Source: a virus
Taxonomy: Duplodnaviria > Caudoviricetes
Length of the DNA stretch: 50,043 bases
Strand: one strand, 5' to 3'
Virus record (IMG/VR): IMGVR_UViG_3300049175_000049
Location: 1 to 50,043 of that record
Below, piece after piece: positions 20,559-31,102 of the stretch. The notes under the pieces are model-generated. The model saw only the letters and a list, made by a program, of their open reading frames with translations. It was not told the origin of the DNA and did not search any database. How positions within the stretch are numbered: position 1 is the stretch's first letter; each line of letters starts with the position of its first letter. Position numbers and translations under genes: made by a program.

Positions 20559-22084
20559 GGTCTTACATCTCCAATTCTCATAAGGACAAGACTTTGTCCT
20601 AATTGATAAAATCCTCCTACTTCATTGCTATCAAACCGTAAGTACATTTCTCTGCGTTGTTCTCTTAAATCTATCTTTAAGGTCGAAGGATTAAAAGAAT
20701 AGGGAGTGCTCGATATAACAGGAGAATTGGCATATTCTGTGCCTTTAACAGTTAATGTCATATCTCCTGATTGAATAAAGTCAGGTTCAAACGAATAAAG
20801 ATCAACAAGACGTTGAACACCTTTGAAATTTTTAGATGGGTCAATTGCACACCATGCAATGCTTCCTGTTTGAAAGAAAGAAGGAATGGAAGAAAGTATT
20901 CCATTAACGTTTTGATCCACTCCCTTTTCATGCCACCAAATCGAATATTTATTATTCACTTGAGGATCATTATCAGCCCAAATAGGATCCGCAAATACTT
21001 GCTCAAAATATCCTGTGCCACGATGAGGGCCAAAATAATTCCCATTTTCATCAGCCGTCGTATTATACCACTTATTTTCTCTTTTATTATAAATAACAGC
21101 GGCATTGCATTCATCGCTTCCTTTCATAGGGAAAAACCACCATATTTCTCCATATTGAGGAATTTTTGTTGCCCATACTTTTTGACGTTGATCATAATTT
21201 AAATTCAAATAGAAAAAGTTCAAATTCATGTCATTAGGAACTTCTTGAACCACACCATTATACACTAAAAAACGATCGGTTCCGGCCCAGAAATAAAGCC
21301 CATCATATTCAATAATCGAACGACTTGATAAAAGAGAACTTTGAGAAGCAATTGAATCAAACGCAAATTCAACCTGAGTTGTACCTACTTGTGTTACACG
21401 GATAAGGCTGTCTAGACTCCATAGAAGACCTGCTGGAGAACTATTACCACCCCGGGTAGGAAGACCAGCTACAATCTTTTGAGAAGCAACACGCGCTTCT
21501 CCCATAATCGTGGATGGGTCATTCGCAAGTGTCCATTTTACATCTCCTGCATTTCCAAACATAAAAAGAAAAGGATGCAAAACAACAATTCCACCTGATA
21601 CTCTATTTCCTGTATCTATTAAAGGCGTATTGGATCCTATTGTCCCATAATAAACAGGAGATTCTACATTATTTGATATAGAGAATAAATTAGGAGCTGC
21701 ATGAGCAATCAATATATTTGAATTACTAATAGTGGAATACATACTATCAAATGTCCACACATTATTAGGATCTGCAACAAAATCAACAGGAGTTAGATTA
21801 GATAATCCCCCAATTAAATTACCATTTGAATCAATTGTTTGAACTTTTAAAGTTGATTCATCTCCAATATAGATATTAAAATCAGGCGTTTGAGGAAAAG
21901 TATAAAGACCACGTGGAATATTAGGAAGATCTCCTACCAGAAGCTTATATCCTCCTATCTTACGAGGATAACCCCGATAAAAGCGGCAATGTTGACCTAA
22001 TGTATAGTTTTTTCCTTCAAAATTAGTACCATCTAGCTTAATTCCAGGTTCGCTAAAAAGAGGATAATAAGAATAACTACTCAT
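20555..22084 (-). CDS. tail nozzle / packaged-DNA stabilisation protein (P22 gp10 or tubular B-like)
   Basis: 509 aa and beta-rich; EIWWFFP...AVIYNKRENKWY pattern; position after the adaptor. Confidence 0.6.
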   Translation of the reverse strand: MSSYSYYPLFSEPGIKLDGTNFEGKNYTLGQHCRFYRGYPRKIGGYKLLVGDLPNIPRGLYTFPQTPDFNIYIGDESTLKVQTIDSNGNLIGGLSNLTPVDFVADPNNVWTFDSMYSTISNSNILIAHAAPNLFSISNNVESPVYYGTIGSNTPLIDTGNRVSGGIVVLHPFLFMFGNAGDVKWTLANDPSTIMGEARVASQKIVAGLPTRGGNSSPAGLLWSLDSLIRVTQVGTTQVEFAFDSIASQSSLLSSRSIIEYDGLYFWAGTDRFLVYNGVVQEVPNDMNLNFFYLNLNYDQRQKVWATKIPQYGEIWWFFPMKGSDECNAAVIYNKRENKWYNTTADENGNYFGPHRGTGYFEQVFADPIWADNDPQVNNKYSIWWHEKGVDQNVNGILSSIPSFFQTGSIAWCAIDPSKNFKGVQRLVDLYSFEPDFIQSGDMTLTVKGTEYANSPVISSTPYSFNPSTLKIDLREQRREMYLRFDSNEVGGFYQLGQSLVLMRIGDVRP

Positions 22085-22401
22085 TTATAATCTCTTTTGA
22101 GAGTACGATATTGATCTACCCATGCTTGATTATTGTAATTTTGTCTTACATCTTCGTATGGGCTATTTTCTGCAAAATCAGCCATCCATTTTAATGCAAG
22201 AGGAGATAATTCTTTGCGGCGTGCGATATTACAAAAATATAGATAGACATTCTTTTTAAGATGATGAACATTAGAAGGTAATTGTATACCAAATTGCTTA
22301 CTTTTCTCGATCGCTTTTGAATGATTTTGTAAGTCTTTTTCGAGATTCCGTAAAACTTCCTCTTCGTTCTGTGTTATATTATTTGATAAATTCCTTACCA
22401 T
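22081..22401 (-). CDS. hypothetical protein
   Basis: 106 aa coupled ORF. Confidence 0.55.
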   Translation of the reverse strand: MVRNLSNNITQNEEEVLRNLEKDLQNHSKAIEKSKQFGIQLPSNVHHLKKNVYLYFCNIARRKELSPLALKWMADFAENSPYEDVRQNYNNQAWVDQYRTLKRDYK

Positions 22402-22407
22402 AACACA

Positions 22408-23040
22408 TTAATCCGATTCTCTTACACTGACACGATCGGAATAACGTTGCGTATCTTGAGTATTTAAACTTTGGAGAGAACGATCATAGAGAGACTGCCA
22501 GAAAGGAATTCTTTCATCGACTTTAAGGAAAGGAATGGCTTCTAAGAGAGAAGCATATAAAAGAAGATCAGGAGCATTATTGGTAATCCAATTGGTACTG
22601 ACAGTTGGGCCCAAAGGTTCGGGAAGTTGCAAATAAGACCATATAAAAGGATACTTCTGGTCAGGAGTAGGAGCGACAATAATATGATCATATCCAAAAT
22701 CTGCATAATAAAGAGGAGGAGATTCCTGGACTGAATCGGGCCAGTAACTCTTAACATATTCATATGTCCTTAAGTAAATCTGATTACTTACATTATTGTT
22801 GGTTCCAGATCCATAAGTCAGAGAAAGCGTTCTGCGCCAGCGCGCAGGTTTTAAAAGGATGTTTTGTCCAATCGCAAAGGTGCCATTAACATAAGTTTCA
22901 AGACCTATGTTTTTGACTTCCCTGCTGATTCTCTGTTCGGCTTGATAGATAAAATTTGGTACAGCCGCTGCTGTATCAGCATCATTTCTATCAAGATAAT
23001 CCAGAATTTGCGCAGACAATGAAGCATATGTCATTGTCAT
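22408..23040 (-). CDS. head-tail adaptor protein
   Basis: TYASLSAQILDYLDR...FIYQAEQRI...PTPD...NWIT..APDLLLYASLLEA pattern. Confidence 0.7.
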   Translation of the reverse strand: MTMTYASLSAQILDYLDRNDADTAAAVPNFIYQAEQRISREVKNIGLETYVNGTFAIGQNILLKPARWRRTLSLTYGSGTNNNVSNQIYLRTYEYVKSYWPDSVQESPPLYYADFGYDHIIVAPTPDQKYPFIWSYLQLPEPLGPTVSTNWITNNAPDLLLYASLLEAIPFLKVDERIPFWQSLYDRSLQSLNTQDTQRYSDRVSVRESD

Positions 23041-23052
23041 TTCTTTTTCTCC

Positions 23053-24003
23053 TTAATACATATAAGGAGACATATAACCGCCCATATTATACATATGGCC
23101 TCCCTGAGCAAATGCTGGTACTTCGGGAGCTTGTTGAGGAACTGCTGGATTTGCCATAGGCGCTCTTCCAAATCCTTGAACTGCTGCATGCATACGAGGC
23201 ATTGCATATCCACTAATTCCTGGACTTTCTCCATATGCTTCTCCTAATCTACTGCCTAATTGACCTCCAAGTTGACTTCCTAATTCAGGACGATTAAATA
23301 CATTTCCAACGGCCATACCAGCTCTTTGACCTAATCCAGGAAGAGCATTCATCGCACGGACATCAAGATTAACGAGACCTTCACGCGCCATATTGCGCCC
23401 TACATCTCCCCATACACCACGCCCTACGTTCGCAGCCATTTGAAGCGGATTAATAGAAGGAGCTGCTTGTCCTTGCATTCCAGCACGCGCATCAACACGT
23501 GGAAGAACTTGACCTGAAATTCCTCCTAAATTTCCAAACTGATTCCCTAAATTCTGTCCAAAACTTTGACCCAATTGAGCTCCTCTTTCTCCACCGAATC
23601 GACTTCCAATGGCTTGTCCTATATTAGGAAGAGCTCCTCTAATTCCTGTATCAAGTCCTTGAAGGGCAGATTGAGCTATTGGACGCCCAAATTGCTCCCA
23701 GATTCCCGGAGCAGCTCCCGCAACAGCACTTCCTACTTTTCCAAGACCGCTTCTAATGCTATCCCACAGACCAAATTGAGGAAGTCCCGTATGTGGATTA
23801 ACGCTCATTCCATGTGTATGCATGAGATAACGTGCTTCAGCAGGATTAAGATGAGCAAGAATGCGGTCGCGCCCTGTTCCCATCTCTTGAAGCATATGCG
23901 CTTCCTGATGATAAGGATAATCGGCGTGTCCTCCTCGCGCATACATTTGCATAGGCGATTGATACGCATTTACCAACGGTGTTGGCATAAAATTATTAAA
24001 CAT
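23053..24003 (-). CDS. Gly-rich putative internal virion protein
   Basis: LAHLNPAEA...VNPHTGLPQF motif shared with 18224-20272; internal duplication. Confidence 0.55.
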   Translation of the reverse strand: MFNNFMPTPLVNAYQSPMQMYARGGHADYPYHQEAHMLQEMGTGRDRILAHLNPAEARYLMHTHGMSVNPHTGLPQFGLWDSIRSGLGKVGSAVAGAAPGIWEQFGRPIAQSALQGLDTGIRGALPNIGQAIGSRFGGERGAQLGQSFGQNLGNQFGNLGGISGQVLPRVDARAGMQGQAAPSINPLQMAANVGRGVWGDVGRNMAREGLVNLDVRAMNALPGLGQRAGMAVGNVFNRPELGSQLGGQLGSRLGEAYGESPGISGYAMPRMHAAVQGFGRAPMANPAVPQQAPEVPAFAQGGHMYNMGGYMSPYMY

Positions 24004-24075
24004 GATGTTCTCCCTGTATGTCTTTTATATTATCATTTTTGATAAAAAATATAAACTTATTATTTAAATATATTT

Positions 24076-27000
24076 TTACCAAAGGTTATAATTTGTTCCA
24101 TTGCAATAAACTAAAAAATTTGCATAAGCTGTTAGAGTTGTTTGAGTAGCTATTCCATCAATTAAAGCACCTCCTGCTACCGTAATATGTAAAGGTTGAG
24201 TAAGAGAAACATGCCCTCCTTCATCTTTTATGATAAAAATTTGACCAGTATTGGCAGCCGAAGGGGCAGGTAACATAACTGTTCCTCCGCCGGCTGCTAA
24301 TGATGTTATTCCTATAATATAATCTGTTGATAATACAGTATAAGTTCCTCCAGATGAAATTGTAATAGGAGTTCTTTTATAAGTAATTCCTCCAACAATA
24401 TGCAAAGATGAATTAGGAGTACTTGTTCCAATACCGACATTAGCTCCATTCCCAAGAACTAATGAATTACTCGCTCCTACTTGCGCATTATATCCAATGG
24501 CTGTTGCATTCGTCAGACCATCATTAGATGCATCTGCAAGGGCTCCTACAAATGTACAATTTGTATAATTATTTTGATTAGCTCCTGAGGTATCACCAAA
24601 TGCTGAACATCCAGAAGAAGTAGAAGCAGAACTAAATGTACTTGCACCGAATGCACATATATTACTGGAGGTATCAGTAGCAGGCGCTGCTTGCCACCCA
24701 AATGCAGATATATTTGATCCTGAAACATTACTAAATCCTGCTTCTACCCCATAAAAACAATTAAAACTTCCTGAAGTAGTATTTCCCATTGAAAACCAGC
24801 CAGTGGCACAATTTTGAGTTCCTGTTGTAAGACCATTTCCCGATTGATAACCAAAAAGACTATTCGATGAAGAAGTAGTAAGAGCGGCCCCAGCTTGAAG
24901 TCCTACAATAGTATTATCAGAAGCAGTAGTTATAAGAACGCCGGCTTGAGATCCTATTAATACATTTCCAAGGCCTGTCGTAACCGCATTTCCAGCATGA
25001 TATCCAAAAAAAGTATTATCATTTCCTTGGGTAAGTGCTGCACCAGCTTGATATCCTTGTGCAGTTGCCCGATTCGCTGTAGTTATAGCATGCAAACATT
25101 GATATCCTATCCCCACGTTATCAACGCCTGTAAGCGTTCCATTGCCCGCTTGTGTACCAATAAAGAAACTACCTGCCAATCCCGTATCAATGATCGTTGT
25201 GGGAGCACCGGGCCCATAATAATCAGTTCCTGCACTTGCCGTTGAAAGAACACCAGTTGCCATTGAAACAGTATTTTTTAGAAGACCTGTCGTTAAGGCT
25301 CCTAAACTTTGGGCATTCGGAATATTGGAATTAGGAGTTTGAAGAATAAATTTAGCACTGACGGCACCTGTAATAGCTCCGGCTTCTTCAGCGGCAGTAA
25401 TAGCGGAAGCAGCAGCCGCTATGGCAGAAGCAGCCGCAGCCGCAGCGGCTGTACCGGCAGCAGTAGCAGAAGCAGCCGCAGCCGTTGCATCTGCACTAGC
25501 CGCTTCTACTAATGTTAATAAAGTAGCTTCTGTTGCATAATCCGTATCAGGAATAGCGATCTGAACGATACCACTTGTATTTATTTTAAGCAGACCCGCA
25601 CTTCCCAAATCACTTAAGGCTTGAGAATTGGGAAGACCAGCATCAGGCTGTTGCAATATATATTTTGCAGTTGTATTTCCTCCTCCCACGGTTGCCCATG
25701 ATAAAGTACCGGTTCCATTAGTGGAAAGAACTTGATTCATTGTTCCATCAGTTGCAGGAAGCGTCCAGGTGACATTTGATGAAATACCCGCAGGTGCCGT
25801 AAAACCTACATAATGCGTATTGGCAGAGTTATAGAAATCAACAAATCCAGGAACACCTCCTGTGGCTAATACGCTTAAACTCAATGTACTTAATGCATTC
25901 GATTCTAAAGAAGTTAAACCTGTGATAGTATCACTTAAAGCAATCGTACCACTGGTAGTGATAGTTCCACCTGTAAGGTTAGTGCCAGCAGTAATAGAGG
26001 TAACGCTTCCTCCTCCTGTTCCAAAAGGCATCCACATGCTATTTTGATAGCCTTCAAACATTTGAAGATCTGTATTATAACGGAATTCTCCATTGGTCGG
26101 ACTCCCAGCACGTTGCGCTGTTGTTCCAACAGGCACAATCATTCCTCCCATCCCAGGAATCGTTGGATTATTTGCAATTGAAAGGGTAACAGAAGTCGTT
26201 CCAGTAGCTGTTATCTCATTAGCGGTACCACTAACGCTTAAAACAGCACCACTTCCTAAATTAACCCAACTGCCATTTTGATGGAAATTAAAGGTATCTG
26301 TCGTGGTATTATAAACCGTCATTCCATCTACGGCGATTAAGGCATTAATTTCCGTTTGCGTCAGACGAGAAAGAAGGAAAGCTCCTTGGGTTATTTCAAC
26401 GGAGGCATCCGCACTAGAAGGGGTAGCAAAACCAAAGACGGTATTAGGGAAACGCCCTACAAATGTATTGGGGAAAATCCCCAAAACATAGTCTGTTTGA
26501 CGATAAATAAGTCCAATATCATTTAAGATAGAAGAACCAAAGCTTAAGATATCAATTCCACTGATTTGAACATCCGTTACAAGAGAACGTCCTAATTCAG
26601 CTAAAGGCGCAGGGACAGACGTAATCGCAACGCCACTGTCCTTAAGCATTTTTCCGCTAGTATCAAGAAAGGTAACGATATTATTAGCAACCGAACTTGC
26701 AGGCCCTAAAACGGCGCCTGCTTGTAAGTTACCCCATGTATCATTTTGAAAAGCTTCAAGCGCATTTAAAGTCGTATTATAGCGAATTTCTCCATTGTGA
26801 GGAACAAGAGGCCTTTGTCCCGTCGTTCCCCCTGGAACCGTAACCCCTCCCATTCCGGGAATAATGGGATCAGCTTGACACACATCATTAATAGAAGTTG
26901 CAGTTGCTGTTAGATTTACGCCATCAAGTTGGAAAGTACTTCCATTCGCACGAGAAAAATTAATAGCATTCGTCGCAATTTGAACGGTACTTGAATTACC

Positions 27001-27126
27001 AAGACCATCTTGCAAAGGTTGTAATGTTGTTGAAAGACCGGCTCCCGAATTTGTCGTTGTAAGCAAATCTCCATAATATTGATAAATAGGTTGTCCTGTT
27101 AATGAACTCATTACCCTGCTCCCCAA
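24076..27126 (-). CDS. long fibre / adhesin-like virion protein
   Basis: 1016 aa; two GTT.QR....NGE.RYNT modules, poly-Ala coiled segment, N-x-x-x-G beta-roll repeats, NVGIGT motif. Confidence 0.75.
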   Translation of the reverse strand: MGSRVMSSLTGQPIYQYYGDLLTTTNSGAGLSTTLQPLQDGLGNSSTVQIATNAINFSRANGSTFQLDGVNLTATATSINDVCQADPIIPGMGGVTVPGGTTGQRPLVPHNGEIRYNTTLNALEAFQNDTWGNLQAGAVLGPASSVANNIVTFLDTSGKMLKDSGVAITSVPAPLAELGRSLVTDVQISGIDILSFGSSILNDIGLIYRQTDYVLGIFPNTFVGRFPNTVFGFATPSSADASVEITQGAFLLSRLTQTEINALIAVDGMTVYNTTTDTFNFHQNGSWVNLGSGAVLSVSGTANEITATGTTSVTLSIANNPTIPGMGGMIVPVGTTAQRAGSPTNGEFRYNTDLQMFEGYQNSMWMPFGTGGGSVTSITAGTNLTGGTITTSGTIALSDTITGLTSLESNALSTLSLSVLATGGVPGFVDFYNSANTHYVGFTAPAGISSNVTWTLPATDGTMNQVLSTNGTGTLSWATVGGGNTTAKYILQQPDAGLPNSQALSDLGSAGLLKINTSGIVQIAIPDTDYATEATLLTLVEAASADATAAAASATAAGTAAAAAAASAIAAAASAITAAEEAGAITGAVSAKFILQTPNSNIPNAQSLGALTTGLLKNTVSMATGVLSTASAGTDYYGPGAPTTIIDTGLAGSFFIGTQAGNGTLTGVDNVGIGYQCLHAITTANRATAQGYQAGAALTQGNDNTFFGYHAGNAVTTGLGNVLIGSQAGVLITTASDNTIVGLQAGAALTTSSSNSLFGYQSGNGLTTGTQNCATGWFSMGNTTSGSFNCFYGVEAGFSNVSGSNISAFGWQAAPATDTSSNICAFGASTFSSASTSSGCSAFGDTSGANQNNYTNCTFVGALADASNDGLTNATAIGYNAQVGASNSLVLGNGANVGIGTSTPNSSLHIVGGITYKRTPITISSGGTYTVLSTDYIIGITSLAAGGGTVMLPAPSAANTGQIFIIKDEGGHVSLTQPLHITVAGGALIDGIATQTTLTAYANFLVYCNGTNYNLW

Positions 27127-27527
27127 TTATAATTTTGTAATTCTTGAACACGCTGCGGAACTGGCAATGCAGGTGCATTGAGCATTACTCCTTGATCCGT
27201 ATCGAAAGTGCTTAAATTCTGACTAAAAATGCTTTGATCCATATTCCATGCAATGACAGACATAAAAGGAGGACGTGGATCTAAAACAGGAACTGGATCT
27301 GGCGGAAAAATAGGCGTTCTATTTTGTTCATTTGGCTTATCAACAAAAGGACGACCTACATAAAAACCTGTCCATACAAGTCCTTCGCCACGCCATTCCA
27401 TTTGACGCACAAGATCTTTTTTTGGAAAAACAAATCCTGTGTAATCACAGATGCCTAAAGCTTCTGGATTTTCAGGATCAATTGAAAGATATTTACCATG
27501 CTGATAATAGCTCATTCTGTTGACCAC
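27111..27527 (-). CDS. phage hypothetical protein
   Basis: ALGICDYTGFVFP and DPVPVLDPRP motifs; lies in the late block. Confidence 0.6.
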   Translation of the reverse strand: MVNRMSYYQHGKYLSIDPENPEALGICDYTGFVFPKKDLVRQMEWRGEGLVWTGFYVGRPFVDKPNEQNRTPIFPPDPVPVLDPRPPFMSVIAWNMDQSIFSQNLSTFDTDQGVMLNAPALPVPQRVQELQNYNWGAG

Positions 27528-28567
27528 CCTCCAACATAGCTTCCATAAATGCGCACAGGCACATGTTGGACATCTTCTTTGGCTGCCAATGAAAAAGATC
27601 TTTCAGCTAATTCATTTAAATAAGAAATACGATCAGGTGCATATTTAATCGCTAATTGAACGGCTAAATTATCAACAAATGCATTAAAGAAACGTTGAGG
27701 AATTTGGACGTTATTTGTCATATTTCCAACATCTTGAATCATTTGTTCATAGGTATAAAAAAGATTATTGAAATAGATCGTAGGGGTAGGCCATACCCTT
27801 AAAATAGGGCTAATTTGACGATCGAGATAAAAACTTGTAGGTCTTCCTAATTGATTCTTAAAAGGAAGTTTCCAATACTCATAATGAGATATTTCAGACA
27901 TAGGAATGTCTTGAATCGTATTATTAAAATATAATTCCTGAATATTAAGGGTAGCTCCTCCCGTTTCCCTTACTCTAAAATATTGAGCAGGAATAGGTTC
28001 TGGCATCACAAACCAAATAAGCTGTCCAAAAGGAAAAACTTGTGCAGGGATTGAAAATGCTAAATTCCAAGTAATATTATCATTAGAATATTCACAAACA
28101 GGCGTATAAGTAATAGAAGCGTTTGACTGGATGCCCACCATTTGAACAGTAACGAGATTACCTGATCCATAATTAAAACTAATATATCCATCAGGAGCTG
28201 TTTGAGTGCATGCGGTATTTGGATTTCCATCAAAAGCATTTTGCGCGATTCCTCCTGCACTTGAAAAAGCTGTACCGGAATTTTGACGGGCACTTGTTCT
28301 TATATTAGCAACTTGAACTTTACTCACATAAGAAGGTAACTGATAGGCGTTTTGATTAATATTTAGACCAATCATTCCTTCTTGAAGTGTCCATAAATTA
28401 AGTCCTCTATTCATCCATTCAGAAAGAATAAGATTGGAACTTATTTGCGCAGACAAAAGCTTTTCGCCAACAATCGTGTCGGGAAGAATGCCTATCTTAC
28501 GAAAGGCTTCATCAATTAAAATGTTGCTTTGCGTTGCCGCAAAATTATAAGTTCCAGAATATGCCAC
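27512..28567 (-). CDS. virion structural protein (adaptor/tubular-like) with an inserted discoidin/CBM-like domain
   Basis: EWMNRGLNLWT and GRPTSFYLDR..P.LRVWPTP flank an AFDGNPNT...YFRV beta-sandwich-like insert. Confidence 0.55.
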   Translation of the reverse strand: MAYSGTYNFAATQSNILIDEAFRKIGILPDTIVGEKLLSAQISSNLILSEWMNRGLNLWTLQEGMIGLNINQNAYQLPSYVSKVQVANIRTSARQNSGTAFSSAGGIAQNAFDGNPNTACTQTAPDGYISFNYGSGNLVTVQMVGIQSNASITYTPVCEYSNDNITWNLAFSIPAQVFPFGQLIWFVMPEPIPAQYFRVRETGGATLNIQELYFNNTIQDIPMSEISHYEYWKLPFKNQLGRPTSFYLDRQISPILRVWPTPTIYFNNLFYTYEQMIQDVGNMTNNVQIPQRFFNAFVDNLAVQLAIKYAPDRISYLNELAERSFSLAAKEDVQHVPVRIYGSYVGGWSTE

Positions 28568-28577
28568 GGTTTATCTT

Positions 28578-28829
28578 TCATCGTGACCGACTAGAACCCT
28601 GATGCATCATCTTTTTAGGAGGAACCATTTTCCCTCCTTTAGCATGATGAAGATGCTTTAATGTTTCAGCTAAATTAGCTCTTTTTCTCATTAAATGACT
28701 TTTAGAATGTTCCGCTTTTTCTAATTTTGCTTCTGGAATATTTTTATCCATTGGGACACCCAATGCTTTATGGAGAGCACCAGGTTTTTTAATGGCGTCT
28801 TGAATCCACTTCTTTTTAGCTCTCCCCAT
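28578..28829 (-). CDS. small basic phage protein
   Basis: KKWIQDAIKKPGALHKALGVP...RANLAETLK. Confidence 0.65.
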   Translation of the reverse strand: MGRAKKKWIQDAIKKPGALHKALGVPMDKNIPEAKLEKAEHSKSHLMRKRANLAETLKHLHHAKGGKMVPPKKMMHQGSSRSR

Positions 28830-28859
28830 TTTTCCCTGTTCTCCCTGTTATACTTTTAT

Positions 28860-29504
28860 TTAATTAATCCCTGTCTGCATTATAGTTCCCACGAGCGCTC
28901 CATCTGTTCCTGATGAATTGATTGTGAAATTTGCATAATTAAATGCAGTTAATCCTAAATTGCTAAAAAACTGATTCGTTGTGGCTGTTGTTAAAGCCAT
29001 TATTGGCTGAAACACAGCAGGACTGCTGTTTGTTTGAACATCATCTAAAGTAACATTAAAGGTATAATCAATAGTTCCTGCTACAACAGCTTGAATTGAT
29101 AATGTAGAAAAATGACGATTATAATCATAATTAAACCAACGTGTATGACCGGTTGTACCTGTTCCAATACTTACAGCGGCTGCTGCTCCATTTGCTGAAA
29201 CACTTGTCACGCTATCAAATAATTGAGTGGTATAAACGGTATTATTATTAGGCCCAGCGCGCGTTTCTGAAACTATTTGGCTATTATAAGTCCCTGTAAT
29301 AGTAAAATTAACGCCACTTAAGTTATTGGTAGACGTTAAAGAAACTGTACGAGACATCCGGGGAAATATTGCATTCCCCGGCTGTGCTGCATTAATTGTC
29401 AAATGCCCATTGATTAATAAGTTGCCTGCTCCGCTTAAAGATTGCGTAAGACTAATTGCTTGCGTATCGGGCGCAGGCCAATTAAAAACCTCAGGATATG
29501 ACAT
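28860..29504 (-). CDS. virion structural protein
   Basis: Thr/Asn/Gly-rich beta protein in the late block. Confidence 0.55.
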   Translation of the reverse strand: MSYPEVFNWPAPDTQAISLTQSLSGAGNLLINGHLTINAAQPGNAIFPRMSRTVSLTSTNNLSGVNFTITGTYNSQIVSETRAGPNNNTVYTTQLFDSVTSVSANGAAAAVSIGTGTTGHTRWFNYDYNRHFSTLSIQAVVAGTIDYTFNVTLDDVQTNSSPAVFQPIMALTTATTNQFFSNLGLTAFNYANFTINSSGTDGALVGTIMQTGIN

Positions 29505-29762
29505 TTATTTTCCCTTCTTTGCCTCTATTTTGGGAACTTCATCTTTTTTTTCTTCAACTGTTTCTGCACATTGAATGATAGAATACTGAAGTGCATCTAT
29601 CATTCCTTTCATTACCAAAATAACTTCATTAATTTTGGTTTTATTTTCTTCCAAAAGTTGAATATTTTTACAAATTTCATCATGTTTCTTCTGATTATCC
29701 TCTAATGAAGTTTTGATTTCACTATGTTTAGCCGATAAAGTGTCTACTACATTGTTTTTCAT
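29505..29762 (-). CDS. coiled-coil hypothetical protein (possible fibre chaperone)
   Basis: 85 aa heptad pattern directly after the fibre genes. Confidence 0.5.
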   Translation of the reverse strand: MKNNVVDTLSAKHSEIKTSLEDNQKKHDEICKNIQLLEENKTKINEVILVMKGMIDALQYSIIQCAETVEEKKDEVPKIEAKKGK

Positions 29763-29833
29763 GTTTTTATCCTTTTGTAGTTTATATTTTTATGAGATTA
29801 AAAACTTAATCTCTTTTATTATATATAATCTAC

Positions 29834-31078
29834 TTAAATAGTGAACCAATTTGTTCCATCGCTATAGACGCGGAAAGCTCCATGGTCTGCATTAATGACA
29901 ATAGTAGCTCCTCCATTAATCATCCCACCCGCAGTACCAATAGTGATATTATTAGTACCTGCATGTCCATCAGCATCATTAATAAAATACATTTGACCTG
30001 TATTGCCAGCAGCAGGAGCAGGTAAAGTAATGGTTTGCGTTCCTGTTAAAGAATGAAGACTTTTAATAATGAAATCTCCAGGAAGAACTGTATAAGTAGC
30101 TGCATTAGCAGTTGTTACTTTTCCAATAAAACCACCTTCTACAGCTATTGCTTGATTGGTACTTACAAGATGAAGAAGATAAGTAGGAGCTGTTATACCA
30201 ATACCAACATTGGCTCCATTTCCAAGAACCATGGAATTACTAGAAGCAACTTGCGCACCAAAACCGATTGCAGTAGCATTTGTTAAGTTATTCATTGTGG
30301 CATCAGCGGTTGCCCCCACAAAAGTACAGTTATTGTAAGCAGCATGTCCATTAGCTGTATTATAACCAATAGCCGTATTTCCATTTGTTGCGGTCAAAGC
30401 TCCAAGCGCATCAACACCTACGCCCGTATTTTGGGTTCCCGTTGAAACAGAAGAAAGAGCATTAGAACCAAAAGCACTATTATTAGATGCCGTATTAGCG
30501 GAAAGTGCTCCTGCTCCAAATCCAGAATTGTTATCTCCTGTTAAGTTTAACGTTAAAACAGACAGTCCAAATGCAGCGTTTCCAATTCCGGTCGTGTTTA
30601 ATTGAAGAGCTTGATAACCAAAAGAACTATTTCCAGTCCCCGTAGTATTGCTTTCTAAGGAAGAATATCCAAATGCACTGTTATGAACCCCTGACGTTAA
30701 TGCGTGAAGAGTATTATAACCTGTGCCTGTGTTAAGAGTTCCTGTGGCTGTTTTATTTCCTGAACCCGTTCCAATGAAAAGGTTTCCACCCATTCCTCCA
30801 TCAATAATATCAGAGGAAAGTGTCCATCCACCTGCATAAGTAAAAACAGATCCAATCGTGGTATCAAAAACCATCATACCATTGGATGCTGTAAGAGCAA
30901 GTCTTTGAGTGGTTGTCATGCGTGGAAGACAAAGAGCTCCTAAAGTACTCTGAATATCTAAAGCTGTGGATGCAGTTATTTTATTTGCAATAATTCCATT
31001 GCCGCTTGCTGTATTAGACGTATCTGTAATAAGAACGCCAGTTGTAAATGTGGTTGGCGATATTGAATTAAGTGCCAT
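29834..31078 (-). CDS. fibre / adhesin-like protein
   Basis: N-x-A-F-G-x-x-A-L repeats with ~14 aa period; N-terminus shared with 31103-32590; C-terminus shared with 24076-27126. Confidence 0.75.
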   Translation of the reverse strand: MALNSISPTTFTTGVLITDTSNTASGNGIIANKITASTALDIQSTLGALCLPRMTTTQRLALTASNGMMVFDTTIGSVFTYAGGWTLSSDIIDGGMGGNLFIGTGSGNKTATGTLNTGTGYNTLHALTSGVHNSAFGYSSLESNTTGTGNSSFGYQALQLNTTGIGNAAFGLSVLTLNLTGDNNSGFGAGALSANTASNNSAFGSNALSSVSTGTQNTGVGVDALGALTATNGNTAIGYNTANGHAAYNNCTFVGATADATMNNLTNATAIGFGAQVASSNSMVLGNGANVGIGITAPTYLLHLVSTNQAIAVEGGFIGKVTTANAATYTVLPGDFIIKSLHSLTGTQTITLPAPAAGNTGQMYFINDADGHAGTNNITIGTAGGMINGGATIVINADHGAFRVYSDGTNWFTI

Positions 31079-31102
31079 TATATTTTCTCCCTGTTTAAAA
31101 CA

